Translations under genes and position numbers: made by a program | Origin: Polyangiales bacterium | Lineage (GTDB): Bacteria > Myxococcota_A > Polyangia > Polyangiales > Ga0077539 | NCBI GenBank assembly: GCA_044229975.1 | Contig: JBGARZ010000001.1 | Span: 1,071,482 to 1,135,481 of the forward strand | Reading direction: 5' to 3' | DNA length: 64,000 nucleotides | In this document: positions 20,702 to 29,792 of the stretch, one piece after another | Numbering within the stretch: position 1 is the stretch's first letter | Layout of the letters: each line of letters begins with the position of its first letter | Notes under the pieces: generated by a model | The model's database searches: none | What the model saw: the letters and a program-made list of their open reading frames with translations, nothing else | What the model was told of the DNA's origin: nothing

Positions 20702-21358
20702 TCAACCGAGTTGGATCTGCCCGCCGTCGACCTTCACCACCCCATCGGCTGTCATCACCGCGCTCTCGCCGTGGAGGTTCATCACCTGCTCGGCGCGGTA
20801 GTCCACCCGCCCCGCGCGCACCACGTCGACGTCGTCCACCATCCGCAGCGCCGTCTTCACCCGCTGCGTGAAGTTGCCGAGCACCTGGTCGAGCCGCTGC
20901 GCATGCAGCCGCGCCGACGTGAACTCCGCCTCCACCGTGCGCCCCACCGCGAGCACCTTCTGCACCGCGAGGTCGACCTTCTCGGCCGCCACGCCCACCC
21001 GCGCGCTCACCAGCCGCACCTCCGTCGGCGACTCCAGCCGCACGCCGCCCGGCGCCGACACCGTCACCGCGCCGTCCCGCGAGCGCACCTTCGCGTCGCC
21101 CTCCAGCACCACGTCGCACGCCGTCTCGGGCGCGCGCTCCAGCACCGCCAGCACCCACGCCTCGGCGCCCTCCGACCACGCCACGACGCGATCACCGACC
21201 GCGGGCTCCAGCAGGCAGCTCGCCGCGCGCGCACACCGCACCTCGACGGACTGAACACGCACGACGAAGGCGCCCTCCTCCACGCGCACCACGCGTCCCG
21301 AGGACGGCTCGAAGGTCGCGACCAGCGTTGGGGGAATGATCCGCGCGAGGTTGTCCAT
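20702..21358 (-). CDS. DUF3540 family T6SS-associated protein
   Basis: RAASCLLEPAVGDRV, WVLAVLER, VKVDGGQIQLG. Confidence 0.88.
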   Translation of the reverse strand: MDNLARIIPPTLVATFEPSSGRVVRVEEGAFVVRVQSVEVRCARAASCLLEPAVGDRVVAWSEGAEAWVLAVLERAPETACDVVLEGDAKVRSRDGAVTVSAPGGVRLESPTEVRLVSARVGVAAEKVDLAVQKVLAVGRTVEAEFTSARLHAQRLDQVLGNFTQRVKTALRMVDDVDVVRAGRVDYRAEQVMNLHGESAVMTADGVVKVDGGQIQLG

Positions 21359-21375
21359 GAGAGGTCTCCGTTGAG

Positions 21376-22425
21376 TCAGTAGCGAGGCTGCCAGGTCTCC
21401 GCCTCGGCCAGCGCGTCGTCGTCGCCCAGCGCCACCGCCCGGTTGCCCCAGACGGTACCGCGATCGATCACGCGGTGCAGCCGCGCGCGAAACATCCTCG
21501 ACCCCGAGAGGTCGGCCGCCGAGAGGTCGGCGCGCGAGAAGTCGGCGTAGGTGAGGTCGGCCCCGCGCAGCGTCGCCGAGACCATCGTCGCGTCGTGGAA
21601 GATGCACTGCTGGAGGTCGGCCCCCGTCGCGTCGGCGAGCGAGAGGTCGGCCCCCGACAAGATCGACTGCGCGAAGCGCCCGCCCTTCATCGACGCGCGC
21701 TGCATCTTCGCGCCGACGAAGAGGCACATCGGCGCGATCACCTTGTCCATCGCCGCGTCGGTGAGCACCGCGTCCTTGAAGTTGCACTGCGTGACGTCCG
21801 CGCCCTGGAGCTGCGCCCCCGTGAGGTCGCTGCCCATGAACTGCGTCATCCGCAGCGACAGCCCCTTCAGGTCGATGCCCGTGAGGCGCGAGCTCATCAG
21901 CATCATGCGCTCCAGCGTCGCGCCCGCGAGCGAGGTCTCGCTCAGGTCGACGCCCTGCATCACCGTCGAGGTGAGCGTCGCCCCCGTCAGGTCGAGGCCC
22001 AGCGTGTCGGCCTCCACCAATGCGCAACGATCGATGCGCGCACCCGTGAGACGAGCGCCGCCGAGGTCGACCCGCGCGAGCGCCGCCGAGACGAGGTTGA
22101 CGCGAGACAGGTCGGCCCCGCGCATCGGCCCGACGGTGATGTGCGTCGAGACCATCCCGCACTCTGCCAACACCGCCCCGTTGAACGAACACTCCTGGAA
22201 GTTGGCGTGCCGCAGCTCCGACCCGGTGAGGTCGGCCTCGCTGAAGTCGCAGCGCACGAACACCGACTCGTCGAGCCGCGCGCCCCGCAGCTTCGCGCCG
22301 TGGAAGCTCACGCCCTCCAGCACGCCGCCCACCATCCGCGCGCCATCGAGGTCTTCCCCCTCGCAGCTCGCCTCCCTCACGATCTCCCCGCCGTAGATCA
22401 GCGCCTCCAGCTCGGTGCGGTTCAC
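21376..22425 (-). CDS. Pentapeptide-repeat protein
   Basis: Continuous A(D/N)LxG-type pentapeptide repeats; GTG overlaps the DUF2169 stop. Confidence 0.88.
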   Translation of the reverse strand: MNRTELEALIYGGEIVREASCEGEDLDGARMVGGVLEGVSFHGAKLRGARLDESVFVRCDFSEADLTGSELRHANFQECSFNGAVLAECGMVSTHITVGPMRGADLSRVNLVSAALARVDLGGARLTGARIDRCALVEADTLGLDLTGATLTSTVMQGVDLSETSLAGATLERMMLMSSRLTGIDLKGLSLRMTQFMGSDLTGAQLQGADVTQCNFKDAVLTDAAMDKVIAPMCLFVGAKMQRASMKGGRFAQSILSGADLSLADATGADLQQCIFHDATMVSATLRGADLTYADFSRADLSAADLSGSRMFRARLHRVIDRGTVWGNRAVALGDDDALAEAETWQPRY

Positions 22426-25073
22426 GTCGTCGCCCTCCGGGGCAGCACCTTGGCGCGTGTGGTGAGCGCGTCGAGCAGGCTCTTCACGTTGCCCTGCGTG
22501 CGCGCGAGGTCGGCCCCGAAGAGGTTGGTCCCCGTGAGGTCGGCCCGCGTGACGTTGGCGTAGGTGAAAAACGCCTCCATGAAGTTTCCGCCCTGGAGAA
22601 ACGCATCGGTGAGGTCGGCCCGCATGAAGCGCGCGCCCTTCGCCTTCACCCGCCACAGCCGCGCCCCGGTGAGGTTGGCCTCCGACAGATCGGCCGACAC
22701 CAGCGACGCGCGAGAGAGGTCGGCGCCCGCGAGATCCATCCCTCGCAGCGAGGCCGTGTCGAGCACCGCGTCGACGAGCACCGCGCCCGTCATCAGCGTG
22801 CCCATGGCGCAGCGAAGGTTGACCGCGGAGGCCGAGCGGAGCTTCGCGTCGGTGAGGTCGCACGACATCATCGCGGCCTTGGTGAGCGTCGCGCGATCGA
22901 GCGTCACGCCCTCCGCCGACGCCTTGAGAAACAGCGCTTCGGTGAGGTCGGCGCCCGACAGGTCGGCCCCGCGCAGGTCGACGAGAAGCAACTGCAGCTT
23001 CGGCGCGACGGCATCCACCAGCCTCGCTCCAACGAGCTTCGCTTCGTAGAGGTCGGCGCCCGAGAGCTGACAGCCATTGAGCGTCGCGCCCGAGAGGTCG
23101 GCCTGCGACACGATCGCCGTGCTGAAGTCCCCCTCCGAGAAGTCGCCGTCGCACAACGTCGCCCGACCCAGGTTGGCGTCCATGAACGACACCCGCTGCG
23201 CCTTCACCGACGACAGGTCGGCGCGCGCCAGCACCGCGCGATCGAAGAGGCAGCTCGTGAGCGTCGCGCCCGCGAAGCTCGCCGCCTCGCACAGCGCGCC
23301 CGTGAAGTCTGCGCCTGCGAGGTCGAGGCCCGACAGGTCGGCGCCCGTCAGGTCCCACCCGCGCATCGGCGCTTGATGCGCGTGCGCTTCGATCACCCTC
23401 GCCCGCAGCACGTCGGCCGCCTCACCCGTCGCCCGCCGCGCTGGCGTCATCATGTGCGCGCCCAGGCGGTAGCCCTCCAGCGAGCGCGCCTCCGCCGTGT
23501 CGAGGTCGCGCAGGAAGCGCTCGTCCGTGAAGATCGCGTCGATCTCCGGCACCGGCACTCCCCCGTTGGCCTCGACCGCCGCCTGCCGCAACGCCGCCAG
23601 CTCGTCGCGCAGCTTCGTCTTCGGCGGACCACCCGCGGTCTCCTCGTGCTTCGCCCGTTGCGCGTCCCAGTCGACGCCGAGCTCCTCGCTCAGTCGTCGG
23701 CCCTCGGCCTCCACCTCCTCCGCCCGCTCGCGCGCCTCCTCTTCCTTCTCGCGGGCGTCACGCTCGACGCGCTCGATCTCCTCGGGGAGGTTCTCCAGGT
23801 CGGTCACCGCGGGAGGGCCCTCGCTCGTGGGGTTCCAGAGCGGATCGATGATGGACTCCGGGTCGATGCCGACGGCCCGCAACTGCGCACGCAGCCCCTC
23901 GATCTCACGCTCCTTGCGACGCGCCATGTTCTGACCGAGGAAGCCCTCCGTCCGAACGATCTCGTCCATGTCCGTACGATCTTCGTCGGCCACCGACGCG
24001 GGCGACAGCCGCGAGCCCTCGGGCATCAGGTCGCTGTCCTTGAGCGCCGCGAGACCACCGCGCTCGGGGTCGAGCCGCCGCGCCTGCACCGCCTCGTAGT
24101 GCTCCAAGGTCTTCGGCTCACCCGCGCGCTCGCACGCGACCATCAGGGTCTTCACGTCCGAGGCGTCGTCCTCGGCGACCTCGGTCACACCCCGAAAGAG
24201 AAGAATGACCCGCTCGCGGTGCGGGAAGAACCGCAGCGTCTCCAGCCGCAGCGCCACCTCCGCGAGCTCTCCGCCCGCGCGCGTCACGAAGGCCCGTCCG
24301 CGCAGCCCTGGGAGCTTGCCCGACACCACAGGCTTCGTCGGGTGCATCCCCTCGAACTCGAAGTCCTCGTCCCCCTGGAAGTACCCGTCGATCCATTGGT
24401 CGGACGGGGCGCTGTTCCACATGGTCCAGTCGACGTCGGCGGCCAGGCCCGGGAAGTCCGTCTTCAGCCACGCGTCGTCGTAGGTGCCCGCCTTGCCCAT
24501 GCGCTGCGGCCACGCGATGTCCGTCGCCGACAGCCCCACCGGCTCGGCGCGATCGCGCGGCGAGTGAACCCGCTTGTCGGGGTGCTCCACGTTGGGCAAC
24601 CAGTGCACGGGACCATGCGCGGTCTCCACCGGGCGATGTCCACGACCCACCGGGTTGGTCGGCAGCTCAGAACCGCCGTAGGCCCGCGCCCACGACACCG
24701 GCATCTCCGTGAACGGCTGAATCTGCGACACGCCCTCGGACACCGGCTCCCAGTAGCGGTCGCCGGTCACCAGCAGCCGCTTCTCCCGCGCGCCCACTCT
24801 CGCCCGCACCATCACCGCGGGTCGCGCCACGCCGCCGCTCGCAAACGCGCTGCCGTCCACGATCCACTCGCCGCGGGGCTTCGGCATCCCGAGGTCGAGC
24901 ACGCCGTCGGCGATCTCCTTGCCGACAGACTTCCACATCGAGGCGTCGGTGAGCACACCCGTCGACGGCGGAAACGGGAGGTACAGCATCACCCCCACCG
25001 AAAGAACGCTGCGATCGCGGTGCGAGAAGGGGCGAACGAACACCCCCACCTTCATGGGTTTCAGGGTCTTCAT
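22422..25073 (-). CDS. DUF2169 T6SS adaptor fused to pentapeptide repeats
   Basis: LDLGMPKPRGEW, WARAYGG, NPVGRG, GTYDDAW, NSAPSDQ, followed by C-terminal pentapeptide repeats. Confidence 0.92.
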   Translation of the reverse strand: MKTLKPMKVGVFVRPFSHRDRSVLSVGVMLYLPFPPSTGVLTDASMWKSVGKEIADGVLDLGMPKPRGEWIVDGSAFASGGVARPAVMVRARVGAREKRLLVTGDRYWEPVSEGVSQIQPFTEMPVSWARAYGGSELPTNPVGRGHRPVETAHGPVHWLPNVEHPDKRVHSPRDRAEPVGLSATDIAWPQRMGKAGTYDDAWLKTDFPGLAADVDWTMWNSAPSDQWIDGYFQGDEDFEFEGMHPTKPVVSGKLPGLRGRAFVTRAGGELAEVALRLETLRFFPHRERVILLFRGVTEVAEDDASDVKTLMVACERAGEPKTLEHYEAVQARRLDPERGGLAALKDSDLMPEGSRLSPASVADEDRTDMDEIVRTEGFLGQNMARRKEREIEGLRAQLRAVGIDPESIIDPLWNPTSEGPPAVTDLENLPEEIERVERDAREKEEEARERAEEVEAEGRRLSEELGVDWDAQRAKHEETAGGPPKTKLRDELAALRQAAVEANGGVPVPEIDAIFTDERFLRDLDTAEARSLEGYRLGAHMMTPARRATGEAADVLRARVIEAHAHQAPMRGWDLTGADLSGLDLAGADFTGALCEAASFAGATLTSCLFDRAVLARADLSSVKAQRVSFMDANLGRATLCDGDFSEGDFSTAIVSQADLSGATLNGCQLSGADLYEAKLVGARLVDAVAPKLQLLLVDLRGADLSGADLTEALFLKASAEGVTLDRATLTKAAMMSCDLTDAKLRSASAVNLRCAMGTLMTGAVLVDAVLDTASLRGMDLAGADLSRASLVSADLSEANLTGARLWRVKAKGARFMRADLTDAFLQGGNFMEAFFTYANVTRADLTGTNLFGADLARTQGNVKSLLDALTTRAKVLPRRATT

Positions 25074-25082
25074 GCCACCGTC

Positions 25083-27416
25083 TCAGATCATGACGGCCAT
25101 CGCGAGCACCACGATGTGCCCCGCCGACAGCTCCGTCTCGAAGCCGACGAACTCCGCCGCCGAGCCGTACCCGGTGACCTTCAAGCCGGTGTCCTCGACC
25201 TTGAAGCCCACGGCCTCCACCGCGATGCCCGTCAGGATGTCGATCTTCGCGATCACGTGCGAGAGCGCCATCATGTTCATCTTCACGGCCATCAGTCCGG
25301 CCTCGAACTTGTTGCCCGCGAGGTGGTGCTGCTCGGTGTCGGCCATCATCTCGTCGGGCCGCGTGATGGTGCGCGTCGTCCGCGACATCATGCTGAAGCG
25401 GGGCCCGTTGATGGTGATGCTCGCGGCCTTGATGAGCGCGCCGCTCTTGATGTTCCACTCCAGCGTCCCGTCGCGCTGAATGGACGCCCCGGTGTTGAAC
25501 AGCTCGCTCGCGCACTCGGTGGTCCAGTCGCCGCCCACGCGCGTGGTCTGCGTCCCGTGCTGCTCGGAGAGCGCCGCGCGCACGTGCGTCTCCTGCGTGG
25601 CGCACTTCTCCTCGGTGTGCGTCTTCACGTTGGTGGTCTGCGTCGCGAGGTAGGTCTCCTGGCAGTGCGCCGTCACCGCGACGATGTGGTCGACGTGGTA
25701 CTTCTCGTCGACCGCCCCCGTGACCTCGGTGCGCTTGGTCTGGTCGTAGTCCTCCAGCACCGTGCCGTGCACGTGCTCGTACTTCTCGCCGCCCACCGTC
25801 ACGTTGTAGTCGGCGCCCGTGCGGATGAGCCCCGTCCCATCGGTGCTCGTCACGTAGTTGTGATCGTGCGACCCGTGGTGCTTGCCCAGGTGCATGAAGG
25901 TGTTTTGCGGCGGCGTCGACAGGTCGATGTACTGGTTGGGGAGCTGGTCCTCCATCTCCAGCCGACTGTTGCCGCCCGTGTGAAACACGTTCTGCGTGTG
26001 GTTGGACTCCGTCACCGGCGAGAGCGTGTCGCTGTTGGGAACCGCCGCCGTGATGACGGGTCGATCGGGGTCACCACCCACGAAGGAGAGCAGAACCTCG
26101 GTGCCCTTGCGCAGCGGTAGATGCCATCCCTCGGGCGCGCCCGCGTGCGGTTGGAGCATCCGCACCCGCGTGGAGTTCTCGCCATCGGCCGCGGTGTTCT
26201 CGTCGAGGTGTACCTTCACGAGGTACTGCCCGTGCTCGTCGAGCTGCGCGTACTCGCTGTCCGCGGGCCCATCGACGAAGGCCACCGTCACCCCCGCCAC
26301 GCGCGGCCGCGGCGTCTTCAGCGCCGGGCGAAATTGCACGTCGTCGAAGGTCAGCGTCAGCGCCGTCCAGAGCGAGTGCCCGTCGGCGCGTACCCGCTGC
26401 GGCAACCACCCATCGATGGCTCCGGAGTCGTCGATGATGCGCCCGTGGCTGGCCAGCGCGATGCACTGATAGCGGCGGTTGTGCCGGTCGCTCGGGTGCT
26501 CCACCAGCGCGAAGCGGCGCCCAGGGATCACGCCGACGATGAGCCCCTCGGCGCGCTGCGTGTCCTGCCGCGCGAGCTCGGACTGCGCGCGGATCTCCGA
26601 CAGTGCCGCGCCGCGCGTGGTGATGTCGTCTTCGAGGTGCCGCCTCAGCTCGCCCGCCCCGAGCGGGTCGATCGGCGTCGTGCCGTTGGGAATCTGCGCC
26701 GGCCCGAGCGGATCGTGGTCGGTGAGCAGCACCTTCGCCGATCGTGCGCCACGCGCCGCGCGGAAGTACCGCACGCCCTCCTGTCCGCTCGCGCCCGCGT
26801 CGGTCTCCGGGACGTAGCGCAGCGTCGGCGTCTCGGCGTCCTCCTGGCGAGCCATGTCGTCCAGGTAGACGAGCTTGTCGCCCGCGTCGGTGTGCTCGAA
26901 GAAGTAGTAGATGCCTTCGCGCTCGAACCACCGCGAGAGGAAGTCGAAGTCGCTCTCACGGTACTGGCAGACGTGGGCGATGGGATCGTTGCCGCCACGC
27001 AGCCGGTCGTCGAAGTTCGCCGCGTGAAAGCCCGCCTTGCGAAACACGTCGGCGATGATCTGCTTCAGGGTCTTGTTGGCCCACACCCGACTGTGGCGCG
27101 AGAGCTTGAGCTTCCAGAACGTCGGCACCAGCTCGCCCACGTAGAGCGACGCGCCGCCGACTCCCTCCTGCAACAGTTCGAGCGAAGCCCAGATGCCCTG
27201 CACCTGTCGACGGAGGCTCCCGTCCGCGGCGTGAAAGGCCAGCGCACCCGACTGCAAGAGCACCGTCTCCGGGTCGAGCTCCTCGGCCGCCGAGCCGGGG
27301 ACGGTCATCCACACGCGATACGAGAAGGGCTCGGAGATGGACTCCTCGCCGTCGTAGGCCACCGCGCGCGTGCCCGCCGGCAGGGCGCCCGACTCGATGC
27401 TGAAGGTCTCGGCCAT
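25083..27416 (-). CDS. vgrG: Type VI secretion spike protein VgrG (third copy)
   Basis: GEESISEPF, CQYRESDFDFLSRWFEREGIYYFF, LDEHGQY, PLRKGTEV, GDPDRP; beta-repeat C-terminus. Confidence 0.92.
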   Translation of the reverse strand: MAETFSIESGALPAGTRAVAYDGEESISEPFSYRVWMTVPGSAAEELDPETVLLQSGALAFHAADGSLRRQVQGIWASLELLQEGVGGASLYVGELVPTFWKLKLSRHSRVWANKTLKQIIADVFRKAGFHAANFDDRLRGGNDPIAHVCQYRESDFDFLSRWFEREGIYYFFEHTDAGDKLVYLDDMARQEDAETPTLRYVPETDAGASGQEGVRYFRAARGARSAKVLLTDHDPLGPAQIPNGTTPIDPLGAGELRRHLEDDITTRGAALSEIRAQSELARQDTQRAEGLIVGVIPGRRFALVEHPSDRHNRRYQCIALASHGRIIDDSGAIDGWLPQRVRADGHSLWTALTLTFDDVQFRPALKTPRPRVAGVTVAFVDGPADSEYAQLDEHGQYLVKVHLDENTAADGENSTRVRMLQPHAGAPEGWHLPLRKGTEVLLSFVGGDPDRPVITAAVPNSDTLSPVTESNHTQNVFHTGGNSRLEMEDQLPNQYIDLSTPPQNTFMHLGKHHGSHDHNYVTSTDGTGLIRTGADYNVTVGGEKYEHVHGTVLEDYDQTKRTEVTGAVDEKYHVDHIVAVTAHCQETYLATQTTNVKTHTEEKCATQETHVRAALSEQHGTQTTRVGGDWTTECASELFNTGASIQRDGTLEWNIKSGALIKAASITINGPRFSMMSRTTRTITRPDEMMADTEQHHLAGNKFEAGLMAVKMNMMALSHVIAKIDILTGIAVEAVGFKVEDTGLKVTGYGSAAEFVGFETELSAGHIVVLAMAVMI

Positions 27417-27436
27417 GGCTTCGTCCGCTCCCCGTC

Positions 27437-29779
27437 TCAGCCGTACATCGTGACCGCGAAGGTCTTGCCCAGAAACACCCGGCTGGAGAACTTGGTCGCG
27501 CGGAGCTTCACCTTGTTGGCGACGCCCTCCACCTTCGCGCCCGTGTAGTCCAGCTTCACGCCGTTGACCGCCCGCGCGATGCCGCCCACGTCGGCCTTCC
27601 ACGCGTTGAGGTTGATGAGCACCTGCGCCATCGAGCGCTTGGCCAGCACCATCTCCAAGAAGAACGGGTGGATGGTGATGTCCGCGCGGTTCACCTTCTG
27701 CCGCTTGGTCGTGACGATGCGATAGGCGATGGGCGCGTTGTCCGCCCAGTTGAGCGCGTTGATGGCGATGGGCCCGACGCTCGTCAGCGTAAACGCCCCC
27801 GACACGTTGATGAGCAGCGTCCCGTAGTGGCACTCGCTCTTGGCCGCGGTGGTCGCGTCGTGCGTCCCGCTGTCGACGTAGAGCCTGCCGTCCACCAGCA
27901 CCTTGTGCGTGCCGTGCTTCTCTTCGAGGTGCCCGCCGACCTCGGTGCGCTGCGACGCGCATCGCTCGATGGTCTTCGCCCCCACATGCGTCGTGTGGGT
28001 CTTGGAGTTCTCCTGCACATGACCCGTGACCGTGGTGGTCATGTTGATCGAGTGCGTCTCCGTCACCGTCAGGTCGACCTCACTGTTCAGCGTCGCGTGA
28101 TAGGTCTCCTTGAGGGTCTTCACGACGTGCTCGTGCTTGTTGCCGCCGACCGTTACGTCGAGGTTGGCGCCCGTGTTGAGCAGCCCGTTGCCATCAGTGC
28201 TCGACACGTAGTTGTGGTCGTGCGCGCCGTGCAGCGCCCCGAGGTGCAGGAAGCTCTTCTGCGGCGGAGACGACACGTCGATGTACTGCGAGCCGTCGAG
28301 GTCTTCGATCTCGATGCGGTTCTCGCCGCCGGTCTGGATGACGTTCTGCGAGTAGTTGGCCGAGGTCACGGGCGACGGGCGGTCGGCGTCGTGCACCGCG
28401 CCCGCGATGATGGGTCGGTCGGGGTCGCCCGCCACGAAGGCCACCATCACCTCGGTGCCCTTGCGCAGCGGGAAGTGCTGCCCCTCCGGCTCGCCCGCGT
28501 GCGGTTGCAGCATGCGAACGCGCGTCGAGTGCGTTCCGTCGGCCCCCTCACGCTGCCGCTCGTCGAAGCGGAAGCGCAGGAGGTAGCGCCCGTGCTCGTC
28601 GAGCTGCGCGTACTCGCTCTCGACCTCACCGTCGATGTGCGCGATCTCCAGGCCCGACACCCGCGGCCGTGCCGTCTTCAACGCCGGCCGGTACTGCACG
28701 TCGTCCGCGAGCCCGGTCGCCACTGTCCAGAGAGTCCGCCGATCGGTCCACGGGACCCACCGCCGCAGCGCAGACTCGTCGCTCACGAGGCGACCACGCA
28801 TCTCCACCGAGACGCACTGGTACCCGCGGTTGAACGTCGCCCGCGGCGCTCCCTCCAGCGTGAACTTCCGCCCCGGCGCGACGCCGAGGATGCGCCCCTC
28901 GGCGCGAAACACACCGAGGCTCGCCAGCGGGTCTCCCGCGCGCAGCTTCGCCAGTCGCTTGCCCGCACCGTCTTCGAGGAAGTGATCTTCCATGTGACGC
29001 ACCACCGCGGGCACATGCGCGGGCACGACATCTTCCCGCGCATCGAGCGGGGTCGTCGGCTTGAGCGGGTCGTGGTCGCGCAGCCGAACGCTCGCCACCG
29101 CGTAGCGCTCCTCGTGGGTGAAGACCCGCGCGCCCTCATGGCCCGAGTCGCCCTCAGCGGTCTCGGGGACGTACGGGACGATGGCGTCTTCGGCGTCTTC
29201 GTGGCGATCGATGCTGTCGAGATAGACCAGCTTGTCGCCCGCGTCGGTGTGGTCGAAGTAGTAATAGATCCCTTCGCGCTCGAACCACCGCGAGAGGAAG
29301 TCGAAGTCGCTCTCGCGGTACTGGCAGACGTGGGGGATGGGCTCGTAGCGGCCGCTCAGGCGCTCGCTGAAGTGCGCCGCGGGGAAGCCCGCTTTGCGGA
29401 AGACGTCGAGGACGATGTCCTTGAGGGTCTTGTTGGCCCACACCCGGCTGTGGCGCGAGAGCTTCAGCTTCCAGAACGTCGGCACCAGCTCGCCCACGTA
29501 GAGCGCGTTGCCCGCCGGGTCTTCGTCGAGCAGCTCCAGCGAGGCCCACACGCCCTGCACCTGACGACGGAGGCTGCCGTCGATGTTGTGCACCGTGAGG
29601 CGGCCCTGCTGGAGGAGCACAGTGCTCGCGTCGAGCGACTCCGCCGCGTCGCCCGGCACCGAGAGCCACACCCGATAGGAGAACGGCTCGGAGAGCGCCT
29701 CACGCCCCTCGAAGGCCATGGCCCGCGTGCCGGGCGGCAGCGCGTTGGACTCGATGCTGAATACGTCCGGTGCTGACAT
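27437..29779 (-). CDS. vgrG: Type VI secretion spike protein VgrG (second copy)
   Basis: GREALSEPF, CQYRESDFDF, LDEHGRY, PLRKGTEV, GDPDRP. Confidence 0.93.
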   Translation of the reverse strand: MSAPDVFSIESNALPPGTRAMAFEGREALSEPFSYRVWLSVPGDAAESLDASTVLLQQGRLTVHNIDGSLRRQVQGVWASLELLDEDPAGNALYVGELVPTFWKLKLSRHSRVWANKTLKDIVLDVFRKAGFPAAHFSERLSGRYEPIPHVCQYRESDFDFLSRWFEREGIYYYFDHTDAGDKLVYLDSIDRHEDAEDAIVPYVPETAEGDSGHEGARVFTHEERYAVASVRLRDHDPLKPTTPLDAREDVVPAHVPAVVRHMEDHFLEDGAGKRLAKLRAGDPLASLGVFRAEGRILGVAPGRKFTLEGAPRATFNRGYQCVSVEMRGRLVSDESALRRWVPWTDRRTLWTVATGLADDVQYRPALKTARPRVSGLEIAHIDGEVESEYAQLDEHGRYLLRFRFDERQREGADGTHSTRVRMLQPHAGEPEGQHFPLRKGTEVMVAFVAGDPDRPIIAGAVHDADRPSPVTSANYSQNVIQTGGENRIEIEDLDGSQYIDVSSPPQKSFLHLGALHGAHDHNYVSSTDGNGLLNTGANLDVTVGGNKHEHVVKTLKETYHATLNSEVDLTVTETHSINMTTTVTGHVQENSKTHTTHVGAKTIERCASQRTEVGGHLEEKHGTHKVLVDGRLYVDSGTHDATTAAKSECHYGTLLINVSGAFTLTSVGPIAINALNWADNAPIAYRIVTTKRQKVNRADITIHPFFLEMVLAKRSMAQVLINLNAWKADVGGIARAVNGVKLDYTGAKVEGVANKVKLRATKFSSRVFLGKTFAVTMYG

Positions 29780-29792
29780 CGCAACGCTCCTG

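Noticed and set aside
21376..23400. 15-bp periodic repeats as a CRISPR array or DNA tandem repeat
   Set aside because: They are coding pentapeptide repeats, with no constant repeat/unique spacer pattern and no cas genes.
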